A DNA stretch of 64,000 bases from an uncultured Bdellovibrionales bacterium (GCA_964346295.1 CAYFUG010000001.1:20325-84324), one strand, 5' to 3'. Positions 50,159 through 59,058 are shown, numbered from the stretch's first letter. Translations and numbers: made by a program. Notes: generated by a model from the letters alone, not told the origin.

Positions 50159-50554
50159 TTATCTCCTCTCCGCCTGAAACTTCTCCCAATATCTATCCAA
50201 CCGCCCCTCCTCATCGCCACACTTAGGATCCATCTGCATATTCACTCCCACTTCATCCAACCAAGTTTCGTAATAGGCGTCCAAAAACTGAGTCCCTTGC
50301 TTAGTAACATCATTTCTTACTAAACTCACCTCCAAATTAAGCTCCCGCTCGCCCAACCACTGCTGACCGGATTTCTTCAAAAGCCCCTTTTCGGCCAACC
50401 ACCGCAACACAAAATAAATGTGCCGCGAAGCATCCTCCAAGCTCAAAGAATCCCCGTCATAATACCAACGAGCCTTGTCCCACACCTGGGCCTTAACCGG
50501 CTTAGTGCTGGGCATTCTCTTGAAACGAGAAGTTATTTTTTTCCAAAGCTTCAT
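50159..50554 (-). CDS. Hypothetical protein
   Basis: 131-aa ORF, VWDKARWYY...FLDAYY. Confidence 0.65.
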   Translation of the reverse strand: MKLWKKITSRFKRMPSTKPVKAQVWDKARWYYDGDSLSLEDASRHIYFVLRWLAEKGLLKKSGQQWLGERELNLEVSLVRNDVTKQGTQFLDAYYETWLDEVGVNMQMDPKCGDEEGRLDRYWEKFQAERR

Positions 50555-50628
50555 GGGATCTTTTGGTTGATTTTTCGCCTCTGAAGTTATAAACTGATTA
50601 TAACTTTCTTTTTATTTTTTTCAAAATA

Positions 50629-50940
50629 ATGACAATTACCGACTTCAACGATCCTCTCCTCTTAACTCTCCTAACTTTCTACCTACTCATCAATCTTCTC
50701 TCTTTCTCGTTGATGGTTTTTGACAAAGGCCGCTCTCAAAGAGAAGGTCAGCGCCGCATCAGTGAAAAGGATCTTTTTTTCTGGGCCATTAGCCTGGGTG
50801 CTTTAGGCGTACTAGCCGGCATGCGCTTTTCTCGGCACAAAACCCGCAAATGGCAATTCTCCCTGGGAATTCCCTTGGCCTTGGTGCAAAATTGGGCTTT
50901 GCTGTGGTTGGCGATTGGCTGGCTCAAATTATTCAATTAA
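50629..50940 (+). CDS. DUF1294 family membrane protein
   Basis: DK......RRISEK.L...G.LG...GM...RHKTRK..F. Confidence 0.9.
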   Translation: MTITDFNDPLLLTLLTFYLLINLLSFSLMVFDKGRSQREGQRRISEKDLFFWAISLGALGVLAGMRFSRHKTRKWQFSLGIPLALVQNWALLWLAIGWLKLFN

Positions 50941-50952
50941 CTCTCAGAACAA

Positions 50953-50991
50953 AACAAACCTGGCAAGTCTTCGAGGCCTGCCAGGTTTGTT
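50953..50991. terminator. Bidirectional terminator
   Basis: AACAAACCTGGCA...TGCCAGGTTTGTT. Confidence 0.7.
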
Positions 50992-51076
50992 ATGAAAAGT
51001 AATCTATTTTTAAGAAAAAGCCAGGGGAGACTTTTTCTGAATTTATCTTAGGCTAGTAGCCAGTAGAGAAGCCTAA

Positions 51077-51330
51077 CTAGCCGTTAGGTCCCTCCTTACA
51101 TTTTTCGTATGCGTCGGAACCTGGATCATCCGTAAGCTCCTTCCCATAATCGAAGCAACTCTCCACATCTGGATGATCTTCCTGGCAACCTTCCACACAA
51201 GCCTGATAGTAACCTGATAGTAAGTGGTATTGCCATCAGCCTCAGTGGCGCAATCGTCATAACAAACACAGATTGGAGGAGTATTTTCCTCCGCCATCGC
51301 AGGATTTGTCGTTGCCAGACCCAAAGCCAT
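51077..51330 (-). pseudogene. Cys-rich secreted peptide gene frameshifted by an 11-bp duplication
   Basis: CCTGATAGTAA occurs twice at 51202-51223; one copy restores ...ICVCYDDC...YYQACVEGCQ...ESCF...EKCKEGPNG*. Confidence 0.6.
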
Positions 51331-51388
51331 TGTTGTCCTTGATAAATAAATAACGGACCACTTTAATGAATATTTCTGTTTGAGTTAC

Positions 51389-51417
51389 TTGACAAATATT
51401 CCCCTCCATGCTAGCTT
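51389..51417 (+). promoter_or_regulatory. Sigma70-like promoter
   Basis: TTGACA-N17-TAGCTT with upstream TG extension. Confidence 0.5.
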
Positions 51418-51479
51418 GTGATGCCAACGCTTAAGGGGAGCGTTGCAAACATGCACTTTTATCAAAAAAGGAGGAAAGA

Positions 51480-51608
51480 ATGGCAAGAAAGATCGGGCTT
51501 ATCTTAGCCCTACTGGCACTGGCGGTGGCACTAGCGGGATGCGGTGGGTACGTACCAACTGGTCAGGCCCTACGGTCCCCACGAAAGAGGTATCAGCCGA
51601 CCGGATAG
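51480..51608 (+). CDS. 42-aa lipoprotein (absent from the ORF track)
   Basis: SD AAGGAGG; MARKIGLILALLALAVALAG|CGGYVPTGQALRSPRKRYQPTG with an LAGC lipobox. Confidence 0.65.
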   Translation: MARKIGLILALLALAVALAGCGGYVPTGQALRSPRKRYQPTG

Positions 51609-51716
51609 CCACAAGTTCTTTGACACCAGCCAATGCGGCCAACCCTTTCAGACTCACAACGCCTAAATCAATTTAAAATTGACAAGCTTTTAAGGTCTTA
51701 AGAGGTCTTAATTAAA

Positions 51717-51765
51717 AGTAGGAGCGCGATTAATTTTAACGACCGCAGGTGGTCGCGCCCCTACT
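51717..51765. repeat. GTAG-class REP with internal extra hairpin
   Basis: AGTAGGAGCGCGA...TCGCGCCCCTACT enclosing CGACCGCAGGTGGTCG. Confidence 0.6.
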
Positions 51766-51797
51766 GACAAAAAATCTATCTCGATTAAGCTCAGCCA

Positions 51798-53753
51798 CTA
51801 CTTCTTCTCATCATCCTTTTTGTCATCCTTGCTGTCCTTCTCATCTTTCTCATTCTTCTCTTCTTCTACTTCCGCATCTTTTACCTTGGAATCGCCCTCC
51901 TGTTCTCCACCTTCTGCCTGACCTTCTGCTGACTTGTTCTCTGCTTCTGCTGCCGCTTGATACAACTCTTGGCCAATCTTTTGAGCCTCAGTAGAAAGCT
52001 CTTCGGTAGCCTTTTTGATCGCCTCCAAATCATCGCCGTCTTTAACTTTCTTGAGGGCTTCTACTTTCTCTTCTACCGGCTTTTTCTTTTCCGCATCGAT
52101 TTTCTCCCCCGCATCTTTGAGAGATTTCTCAGTAGAATAGACCAGGCTATCCGCCATATTTTTGGCTTCCACTAATTCCGCTTTTTTCTTATCTTCTTCG
52201 GCGTGGGCCTCGGCCTCCTTTTTCATCTTCTCCACTTCCTCCTCGCTCATATCGCTAGAAGCCTCGATTCGAATCGATTGTTCCTTGTTAGTAGCCTTAT
52301 CTTTAGCTTTTACCTGCAAAATTCCGTTGGCGTCGATGTCAAAAGACACTTCCACTTGGGGCACTCCTCGAGGCGCCGGTGGAATTCCGTCCAACATAAA
52401 GCGTCCCAAGGTTTTGTTGTCAGCCGCCATCTTACGCTCGCCCTGGAGAACATGAATCTCCACGCTAGGCTGGTTATCAGCCGCGGTAGAGAAAATCTGG
52501 CTCTTAGAAGCTGGAATAGTGGTATTACGCTCAATTAAAGGGGTGGAAACACCGCCCATAGTTTCAATTCCTAAGGTCAAAGGAGTAACATCCAGCAGTA
52601 GCACATCCTTAACATCCCCTTGCAAGACACCCCCTTGAATGGCCGCTCCCATCGCTACTACTTCGTCAGGATTAACACCAGTAGAAGGCTTTTTGCCAAA
52701 GAACTCTTCCACCTTCTTTTGCACTAGCGGCATCCGAGTCATTCCTCCCACCATTACCACTTCATTAATATCACCAAATTTCACTCCTGCGTCTTCTAGA
52801 GCTTTTTTGCAAGGCTCCAAGGAACGATCCACTAGATCGCCCACCAGCTCTTCTAGCTTGGCACGGGTAATTTTCATTACTAAGTGTTTAGGGCCTTCCG
52901 CTCCGGAGGTAATAAAAGGCTGATTGATCTCAGTTTCTTGAGAGGTAGACAGCTCGATCTTGGCCTTCTCGGCCGCTTCTTTAATGCGCTGCAACGCCAA
53001 AGGATCTTTAGAAAGATCCACTCCTTCTTGTTTTTTAAACTCCTCTAAAATCCAATCGATGATCACCTGATCAAAATCATCTCCTCCTAAGTAAGTGTCT
53101 CCGTTGGTAGATTTTACTTCTACGGTGTCTTCCGCTACTTCTAAAATGGAAATATCAAAAGTTCCTCCCCCTAAATCGTATACTGCGATTTTCTCGTCTT
53201 TCTTTTTGTCAAAACCGTAAGCTAAGGCCGCTGCCGTCGGCTCGTTAATGATCCGCTTGACTTCTAGACCGGCAATTTTTCCGGCATCTTTAGTGGCTTT
53301 GCGTTGAGCATCATCAAAATAGGCCGGGACGGTAATTACTGCCTCGGTGATAGTTTCGCCCAATTTAGCCTCGGCATCTGCTTTGAGTTTTTGCAGAACC
53401 ATGGCACTAATTTCTGCCGGGCGATAGTCCTTACCATTCATTTCGATATTAACCGCTCCCTTTTTTCCTTCTTTCAGTTTGAAAGGCATCTTTTCCGCCG
53501 CCGACTTTACTTCTTTATCCGAAAAATTCCGCCCGATTAAGCGCTTAGCAGAAAAAATGGTCTTTTCCGGGTTAGTTACCGCCTGCCGTTTGGCCAAGAG
53601 GCCCACCAGGCGTTCTCCGGATTTATTGATGGCCACCATAGAGGGCGTGGTCCGATTCCCTTCTTTGTTTTCGACAATTTCGGGCTTGCCGCCAGTCACC
53701 ACTGCCATGGCACTGTTGGTTGTCCCTAGGTCAATACCTAAAATTTTTGACAT
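51798..53753 (-). CDS. dnaK: Chaperone DnaK
   Basis: [35 protein letters not shown] and NPDEVVA. Confidence 0.99.
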   Translation of the reverse strand: MSKILGIDLGTTNSAMAVVTGGKPEIVENKEGNRTTPSMVAINKSGERLVGLLAKRQAVTNPEKTIFSAKRLIGRNFSDKEVKSAAEKMPFKLKEGKKGAVNIEMNGKDYRPAEISAMVLQKLKADAEAKLGETITEAVITVPAYFDDAQRKATKDAGKIAGLEVKRIINEPTAAALAYGFDKKKDEKIAVYDLGGGTFDISILEVAEDTVEVKSTNGDTYLGGDDFDQVIIDWILEEFKKQEGVDLSKDPLALQRIKEAAEKAKIELSTSQETEINQPFITSGAEGPKHLVMKITRAKLEELVGDLVDRSLEPCKKALEDAGVKFGDINEVVMVGGMTRMPLVQKKVEEFFGKKPSTGVNPDEVVAMGAAIQGGVLQGDVKDVLLLDVTPLTLGIETMGGVSTPLIERNTTIPASKSQIFSTAADNQPSVEIHVLQGERKMAADNKTLGRFMLDGIPPAPRGVPQVEVSFDIDANGILQVKAKDKATNKEQSIRIEASSDMSEEEVEKMKKEAEAHAEEDKKKAELVEAKNMADSLVYSTEKSLKDAGEKIDAEKKKPVEEKVEALKKVKDGDDLEAIKKATEELSTEAQKIGQELYQAAAEAENKSAEGQAEGGEQEGDSKVKDAEVEEEKNEKDEKDSKDDKKDDEKK

Positions 53754-53773
53754 AAGTTTGTAAATTAATTAAG

Positions 53774-54061
53774 TTATTTAGAAAAGAATTCGACTACATA
53801 AAAAACTGCGGAAACTGCCTGAGTAAGGGTCAAAGACAAAATAATCCACCCCAACCTACTATTCACCCTCTCCAGGCTATTCATTTCTTGATTTGCTCCT
53901 TAACAACTTTCTCAAAATCATCAACAGATTCATTTAATTTTTCGAAAGAACACTTCAATCTATAGCTTACACTTGATGATATTGCCAGAGAAATATTCCC
54001 GGGACCTCTTGTAACGATATCTCTAATTATCTTCTTATCCTCTTCTTTCAGATCTTTCATG
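53774..54061 (-). pseudogene. Frameshifted small coiled-coil plus C-terminal TM gene
   Basis: ...EQIKK* continues in another frame as MNSLERVNSRLGWIILSLTLTQAVSAVFYVVEFFSK*; one added A near 53884 would fuse them. Confidence 0.45.
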
Positions 54062-54104
54062 AATTCTTCTTTCAAGCTCCTAAACTTTACTTTTAGTATT
54101 TTTT

Positions 54105-54247
54105 AGGGCTTTCAAACTTCAGGAAATTTTTACCTGCCTGCCGGCAGGCAGGGGCGCAAGCGAGGCTTGGTGCGAGTCGTACTGAAAGGTACGATGAGCG
54201 AGTAGCGGAGAGTTTAACAACAAAATTTTCAAAATTTGGGAGTCCCT
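54105..54247 (+). repeat. Rod-hairpin repeat family A, copy 4 (20-bp palindrome insert at 54133-54152)
   Basis: AGGGCTTTCAAA..AAATTTTTA[insert]GGC..GAGTCGTACTGAAAGGTACGATGA..AACAACAAAATTTTCAAAATTTGGGAGTCCCT. Confidence 0.85.
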
Positions 54248-54259
54248 CTTAATAAAAAA

Positions 54260-54286
54260 TTAGCAGTCTAGGTAGTAGACTGCTAA
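54260..54286 (-). promoter_or_regulatory. CIRCE (HrcA operator) upstream of dnaK
   Basis: TTAGCAGTC-N9-GACTGCTAA directly after a minus-strand TTGACA-N16-TATAAT (54315-54288). Confidence 0.9.
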
Positions 54287-54439
54287 AATTATAGCGCATT
54301 CTTGAATTGTGTCAAATCTACAACCTTAGACCAAAAAGAGGCAGGGAAAACCACCTCTTTAAGGTCTGATTGAAATCAACTAAGGCTACTTATCTAGCAC
54401 CAGAAAATCGGATCACTGAAAAACCGGACGACCCGATAG

Positions 54440-54871
54440 CTATTTCTTCTCCACTCCCACCTTAATCTTCTTAGGCTTCATTTCTTCTGCCTTAGGCAAG
54501 GTGATTTTCAAGACACCGTCTTTATAATCGGCTTTGGCCTGATCACCTTTTACCGTCATCGGCAAAATCATGCTCCGGGTAAAACTTCCCAGCCGCACTT
54601 CCCGTCGATAAAAATCCTCTTGCTTGGTTTCCTTTTCTTCTTCGCGAGAACCGCTCACGGTAAGGACATCGCTTTCCACTGTAATATCAGCTTTGTCCGG
54701 ATCAATACCCGGCAAATCCAGTTCGGCAATCACATTGTCCTTATCTTGATAGATATTGGCAGCCGGAACAAAATCTCCGGCGAAGGTATCCTCATCCCAA
54801 CCTCTCATCAGGTCGCGGAAAGGTTCCCATTGCATTAAATGTCTTCGCATAAATTTGGATCCTCCTGTCAT
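54440..54871 (-). CDS. Hsp20/alpha-crystallin small heat-shock protein
   Basis: DLPG, LTVSGSR, GSFTRS..LP and ADYKDGVLKITLPK. Confidence 0.95.
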   Translation of the reverse strand: MTGGSKFMRRHLMQWEPFRDLMRGWDEDTFAGDFVPAANIYQDKDNVIAELDLPGIDPDKADITVESDVLTVSGSREEEKETKQEDFYRREVRLGSFTRSMILPMTVKGDQAKADYKDGVLKITLPKAEEMKPKKIKVGVEKK

Positions 54872-54919
54872 CGGAGCCCACTAATTTTAGACTTCGGTGA
54901 CACTTGGATGATTAAAGAT

Positions 54920-55439
54920 TAATTTCAAATTCTAAATTCTAAATTTTAAAACAATTTTGAATAATCTAATGTCTGAAGATCCGAATAATTTGCTTTCTGG
55001 GGCTATTTTAGAGAATGGAAGATTTTGCTAAAAATCATAGTTAATTCTCGAGATTCTTTCCATAGTGTCCTTAATTCAGATCTCTTGTCCTTCTCAACTT
55101 CTGCTAACATTTCTAGCCAGTATTCAGTTTCACTAATTTCTTTTCTGCAGATGCTAATTTTATTACGGAAATCTTTTTTAGAACAACCAGCATTAGCTTC
55201 TTTATAGTTAGCTCCAACACTTAGGGCTGATCTAATAAGTTGGTCAACAATGTTTCTGTTTAGGTGGCTTAGCTGAACAGCTCTCACAAGGCTTAAAATG
55301 CTTCTTCCAAATTTCTTAGTTCTTTCTTCTAAGTCATATTTCATAGCAATAGAGATATGATAATAGCGCAGCTATTTAAAATTAATTTATTTGGTATTGA
55401 GGTATTGTTTTGAAATTTGAAATTTATAATTCGAAATTA
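54920..55439. mobile_element. Four-helix-bundle cassette bounded by a 36-bp imperfect inverted repeat
   Basis: 54920-54955 matches the reverse complement of 55404-55439 at 31/36 positions; both arms are made of heptamer repeats. Confidence 0.55.
55003..55344 (-). CDS. Four-helix-bundle protein (TIGR02436 / 23S-IVS / bAvd-like)
   Basis: YDLEERT..F, QLIRSA.SVGANY.EA, S.KDF, KE..ET.YWL and E..EL..IF. Confidence 0.92.
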   Translation of the reverse strand: MKYDLEERTKKFGRSILSLVRAVQLSHLNRNIVDQLIRSALSVGANYKEANAGCSKKDFRNKISICRKEISETEYWLEMLAEVEKDKRSELRTLWKESRELTMIFSKIFHSLK

Positions 55440-55441
55440 GC

Positions 55442-56794
55442 TCAGCCGGCTTCCACGCTCACCGCCCTTATCACCTTTCCATTCAAGCGATAGCCCTTCT
55501 TTAAAATCTTGCCTACTTGATCGCCTTTCCCGGCCACTACTTCGTGAATATTAGAATCAATAGCGTCTCCTGGTTGAGTAGCAATCTCTTCTACTCCTCG
55601 TTCTTCTAGTGTTTTTAGGAGTTGATTTTTAATGTGCATAATTCCTGTTACCCAAGGATTGTCTTGCTGATCCTCCGGCACAAAAGCCACTGAGGCCTCA
55701 AAGTTATCCACCACCGGCAGCAGTCCCAAAATCAAATCTTCCGTGGCGTACTTGCGAAATTCTTCTTTTTCCTTTTCTGCTCGTTTACGAAAATTATCCA
55801 GTTCCGCCGCCGCTCTTTTCCAGCTATTCTCTGAATCCAAAAGCTCCAGCGTTCGAGCAGCCTCCTTGAGAGCCTTAAACAAATGAATCTCCATAAAATT
55901 ATCAGCAGCCGGTTTGCCAATTTTTTCTAAAGCCTCTTTAAAGCTGAGCCACTCTAGGCTTTGGTGCTCATTTTCATCAACTCGAGCCAATTCAGGATTG
56001 CCCGTAAAAACCAGATAGTAAGGAGTTTTATAGCCATAAAATCCGTTCCACTGATCAGCGGTGATATCAGGAACATAAATGACTGGGCCTATCTCGATAC
56101 CACTCAAACCCGCTTCCTCCTCGACCTCCCTCTTGACCGCATCCTCTAAAAACTCTCCAGCGCCCAAAGATCCGCCCGGAATATCGTAACTACCCGGATA
56201 AAACAAGTCGCTATCGGAGCGCTTTAACAACAAGACTCGATTTTGATTATCCACCACCACTGCTCGCACTCCTACTCGAAAAAACTTTTGGTCCTTCATT
56301 CGCCGAGCTGCACCAATCAAAGTCTCCCTCTTCTCATTCTCAAAGCCATTTTTTTTATTTAAAAGGTTAATGGCTTCTTCTAAGTTCAACCACTGAAATT
56401 CACTATGCTCTCGCTTGTTCAACTTGACTTTCTGAGGATTCTGACCTTCTTTTAAAAATGTCAAATAGCGCAAACCTCTTTTTTCGTCTTGAAATTGCCG
56501 GCTCTCTTTGGGAAACTCGCTAACTTTAATCACCGTGTCTAATTTTACTTCCAGGCCGGTTTCTTCTCGCACTTCTCTTTTCACTGCCTCCTCCACCGAT
56601 TCTCCTTCATCTACATGGCCACCCGGCAAATCCCATTTTTCGGCGTTCCAAGGAACTTTTTTAGAGCGCTTCAATAGCAGCACTTGCTCATTCTCTCGAT
56701 CTACTATCACTGCCTTGACTGTTAAAGACATCGGACGAGAAAATCGATCTGCTTGCATTTGTTGTTGAGTTTTATCGGAATCTTTTTTCAGCAT
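55442..56794 (-). CDS. grpE: Double NUDIX hydrolase - GrpE fusion
   Basis: Two Nudix boxes (GGHVDEGESVEEAVKREVREETG; GGSLGAGEFLEDAVKREVEEEAG), then WKRAAAELDNFRKR, LLPVVDNFE and GYRLNGKVIRA. Confidence 0.9.
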   Translation of the reverse strand: MLKKDSDKTQQQMQADRFSRPMSLTVKAVIVDRENEQVLLLKRSKKVPWNAEKWDLPGGHVDEGESVEEAVKREVREETGLEVKLDTVIKVSEFPKESRQFQDEKRGLRYLTFLKEGQNPQKVKLNKREHSEFQWLNLEEAINLLNKKNGFENEKRETLIGAARRMKDQKFFRVGVRAVVVDNQNRVLLLKRSDSDLFYPGSYDIPGGSLGAGEFLEDAVKREVEEEAGLSGIEIGPVIYVPDITADQWNGFYGYKTPYYLVFTGNPELARVDENEHQSLEWLSFKEALEKIGKPAADNFMEIHLFKALKEAARTLELLDSENSWKRAAAELDNFRKRAEKEKEEFRKYATEDLILGLLPVVDNFEASVAFVPEDQQDNPWVTGIMHIKNQLLKTLEERGVEEIATQPGDAIDSNIHEVVAGKGDQVGKILKKGYRLNGKVIRAVSVEAG

Positions 56795-56975
56795 AGATAA
56801 ATAAATAGTTTAGAGGTTAAATTTGAGACTTTCTTTTTCACTAGAAGTCATCCTATTGGTCATCCCCGCCTTCGAGAGAATGACGGCTTGTTAGGCTCTG
56901 AAAAAAATCCTAAGTTATCATCATCCAAACTCTTCTTCTGCAGGATTCAGCAACGAAGCGCACCAAAAATGGAAG

Positions 56976-57692
56976 TCACCCCAAGAAAAGTTTGCGCACA
57001 AAATCAATCAGGCTCTTATTTCGCCCGTACTGCATCCGCTTGGGTCCAATAATCGCAATAATGCCCGAGTCTCCGTCTTCGGAGTGATAAGAAGAGGCGA
57101 TCATGGAACAACTCCGAATCTCCTCAATCGGGTTTTCTCCACCGATATAGATTTTAGGACCTTCTTCGCTTTCTAAGTCGGCTACTATTCGCTCTACATT
57201 CTCATCAATTAAATCCAAGGTGGCCGAGATTCTGGAAAATTCCCCTAATTGCTGAAATTCCGGATCTTCTAACAAAGTGTGCATCCCAAAGTCATAAAAC
57301 TCGCCGGTTTTAGGCAATCCACTCAACGCCAAGCAGCGCGAGGAGGCCGAAAGCGTTTTGGCTAGCGTCCTAGACAGCCGAACATTCTGAGCCTTGAGTT
57401 TCAGCATCTCTACCTGTAAGCGTTTTTGATCTCCAGGAGAGAGCCTGCCCGGATCTAAAAAGTTATCTACAAAATAGCGGTAACCTCGATCAGAGGGGAT
57501 TCTCCCTGCACTAGTATGAGGCTTGATCAAAAACCCTTCCTTTTCCAGATTAGCCAATTCATTCCGTAAGGTCGCTGAGGAATATTCCGGAAGATACTTT
57601 TCTTTTAATAAAGAGCTGCTCACTGGGGTTGCCGTCAAAGTATACTCTTGCACTACCGAAACCAATACTTCCCCTTGTCTTTCTGTTAACAT
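56976..57692 (-). CDS. hrcA: Heat-inducible transcription repressor HrcA (short form)
   Basis: SSATLRNEL..LE..G.L.KPHTSAGRIPSD.GYRYFVD, IGGEN and IIGPKRM.Y. Confidence 0.95.
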   Translation of the reverse strand: MLTERQGEVLVSVVQEYTLTATPVSSSLLKEKYLPEYSSATLRNELANLEKEGFLIKPHTSAGRIPSDRGYRYFVDNFLDPGRLSPGDQKRLQVEMLKLKAQNVRLSRTLAKTLSASSRCLALSGLPKTGEFYDFGMHTLLEDPEFQQLGEFSRISATLDLIDENVERIVADLESEEGPKIYIGGENPIEEIRSCSMIASSYHSEDGDSGIIAIIGPKRMQYGRNKSLIDFVRKLFLG

Positions 57693-57950
57693 AAAAACTA
57701 AAATAATCAATTTAATGCAGTCATTAAGCAACTTCTTAGAGCCTGTTTAAAATAACAGCATCCATCCAATGCCAGGCTTTCAAAAGCCTGGGGCGATAAC
57801 CGAAGGGGGATAAGAGGCGCCGATTCTTTCTTAAAGCGGAGAGATTGCATCTCGCCCAGAGAGAAACCGTTAAAGCTTAAATGGTTCTGATTTTCAGTCT
57901 TTTCAGAAGCCGGTTCCGAAAAGAATTTGAGGGAATTCAGAAAAATCACT

Positions 57951-57977
57951 TTAGCACTCTCACCCCCCGACTGCTAA
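57951..57977 (-). promoter_or_regulatory. CIRCE upstream of hrcA
   Basis: TTAGCACTC-N9-GACTGCTAA just downstream of a minus-strand TTGACA(58009)-N16-TACAAT. Confidence 0.9.
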
Positions 57978-58132
57978 CTATATTGTAACGCAAAATCACC
58001 GGCTGTCAAGAGGCGAAAAGCTCTTAGTCAAAAGTCCCCAAGGTAGACTAAAAACTACAAACTGGCCAATATCCACTGGCAAATCACAGTCCTCATAAAA
58101 TCAGTAAAACATAGTTCAGACAATGCCCAGAC

Positions 58133-58174
58133 AAAAAAAGAGGCCGGGCCGGAGAATTCCGGCTCGGCCTCTTT
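58133..58174 (-). terminator. Intrinsic terminator of the small peptide gene
   Basis: AAAGAGGCCGAGCCGGA..TCCGGCCCGGCCTCTTTTTTT on the minus strand. Confidence 0.75.
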
Positions 58175-58191
58175 AGTGGGGGCAGTTTCTT

Positions 58192-58317
58192 CTAAGGAAG
58201 GCATGTGCTTAGCCCTCCTACAGCTTCGGAAAAGCACTTCCCGATAAAAACGCTTGAGAAGTGCAAAAAAATTAAAGCCAAAAGAGAAATCACCACTCCC
58301 GCCAAAACATACTTCAT
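58192..58317 (-). CDS. 41-aa hydrophobic peptide (absent from the ORF track)
   Basis: SD AAAGGAG, MKYVLAGVVISLLALIFLHFSSVFIGKCFSEAVGGLSTCLP, upstream TTGACA at 58402 and its own terminator. Confidence 0.6.
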   Translation of the reverse strand: MKYVLAGVVISLLALIFLHFSSVFIGKCFSEAVGGLSTCLP

Positions 58318-58449
58318 ACCTTCTCCTTTCTCGGCCCGCCGTTGCGAGCCGTTTATTGTTGGCGTTAGGTGACATTGTCCCTTGCTTTTCCTAATTTGTC
58401 AACCCCAGTTATCCCCCAGCTGACAAGCTGACTCTCAAAATTGCTCGCT

Positions 58450-58533
58450 GTCTTTTCAGAAAGCCTCTGCTCAGCTTTCTTACCAGCCTTCTTCTCAGTC
58501 TTCCTCTCAACCTTCCTCTTAGTCTTCCCTGTT
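58450..58533. repeat. Seven degenerate 12-bp pyrimidine-rich tandem units
   Basis: GTCTTTTCAGAA / AGCCTCTGCTCA / GCTTTCTTACCA / GCCTTCTTCTCA / GTCTTCCTCTCA / ACCTTCCTCTTA / GTCTTCCCTGTT. Confidence 0.65.
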
Positions 58534-58677
58534 GATAAATATTCTTGACAATCACTAGCTTGTCTGCTACCTTGACCACCGTTGGAATGGCCCAAGCTTG
58601 GGTCAATTGAACCGTCCAGGCGCCTAATGTCATCGGGCGCTGGACTAAACAAATCCTCACACGAAAGGAGGAAAAAG

Positions 58678-59058
58678 ATGGCAAAACGGAAATTGGAGGC
58701 TTGGTGCCCCTGGACGGCCCTGGCGCTAGTGGCGCTGCTGCTGGTGGCACTGACTTGCGGCATAGCCTGCGAGAAGAAGGTCCAGGCTGCCCCAGTGCCC
58801 GCTGGGCACATCAACGCCCCGGCAGCCACCGGCGCCCAAAACTGCGCTGCCTGCCACACCGCGCCTCTACTCTCAGGAATAGACTGGGGCGAACGGGACG
58901 GAAGAGACGGAAGCGGAGACTGCCCTCCGCCGCCTCCATCTGACATCACCGGAAACGAGCCCCCCGTCATGTTAGGGGACAGTGGCGGTGGCGACGGTGA
59001 TCGCTGGAGCCCGCCGAATTCGCCCTTTCCAACAAGTCCGCCGAGAGCAAAAAGTTAA
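58678..59058 (+). CDS. Small exported protein with a CxxCH motif and Pro/Gly-rich tail
   Basis: Promoter TTGACA-N17-TACCTT (58545-58573), SD AAAGGAGG, signal/TM segment, NCAACH; visibly GC-rich. Confidence 0.6.
   Translation: MAKRKLEAWCPWTALALVALLLVALTCGIACEKKVQAAPVPAGHINAPAATGAQNCAACHTAPLLSGIDWGERDGRDGSGDCPPPPPSDITGNEPPVMLGDSGGGDGDRWSPPNSPFPTSPPRAKS

Noticed and set aside
51443-51676. 77-aa ORF from the track
   Set aside because: TTG start with no SD; the overlapping frame at 51480 has a strong SD and a lipobox.
51749-53763. Multiple plus-strand ORFs antisense to dnaK (and similar ones opposite ftsZ, hydA and gpmI)
   Set aside because: Typical antisense shadows of conserved genes, with no motifs.
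55003-55344. Four-helix-bundle gene as Avd of a diversity-generating retroelement
   Set aside because: No reverse transcriptase and no TR/VR pair with adenine-specific mismatches were seen in the window.
58055-58970. Minus-strand ORFs 58055..58375, 58365..58970 and 58409..58750
   Set aside because: They run through promoters, a tandem array and a terminator; they are shadows of the better-supported small genes.
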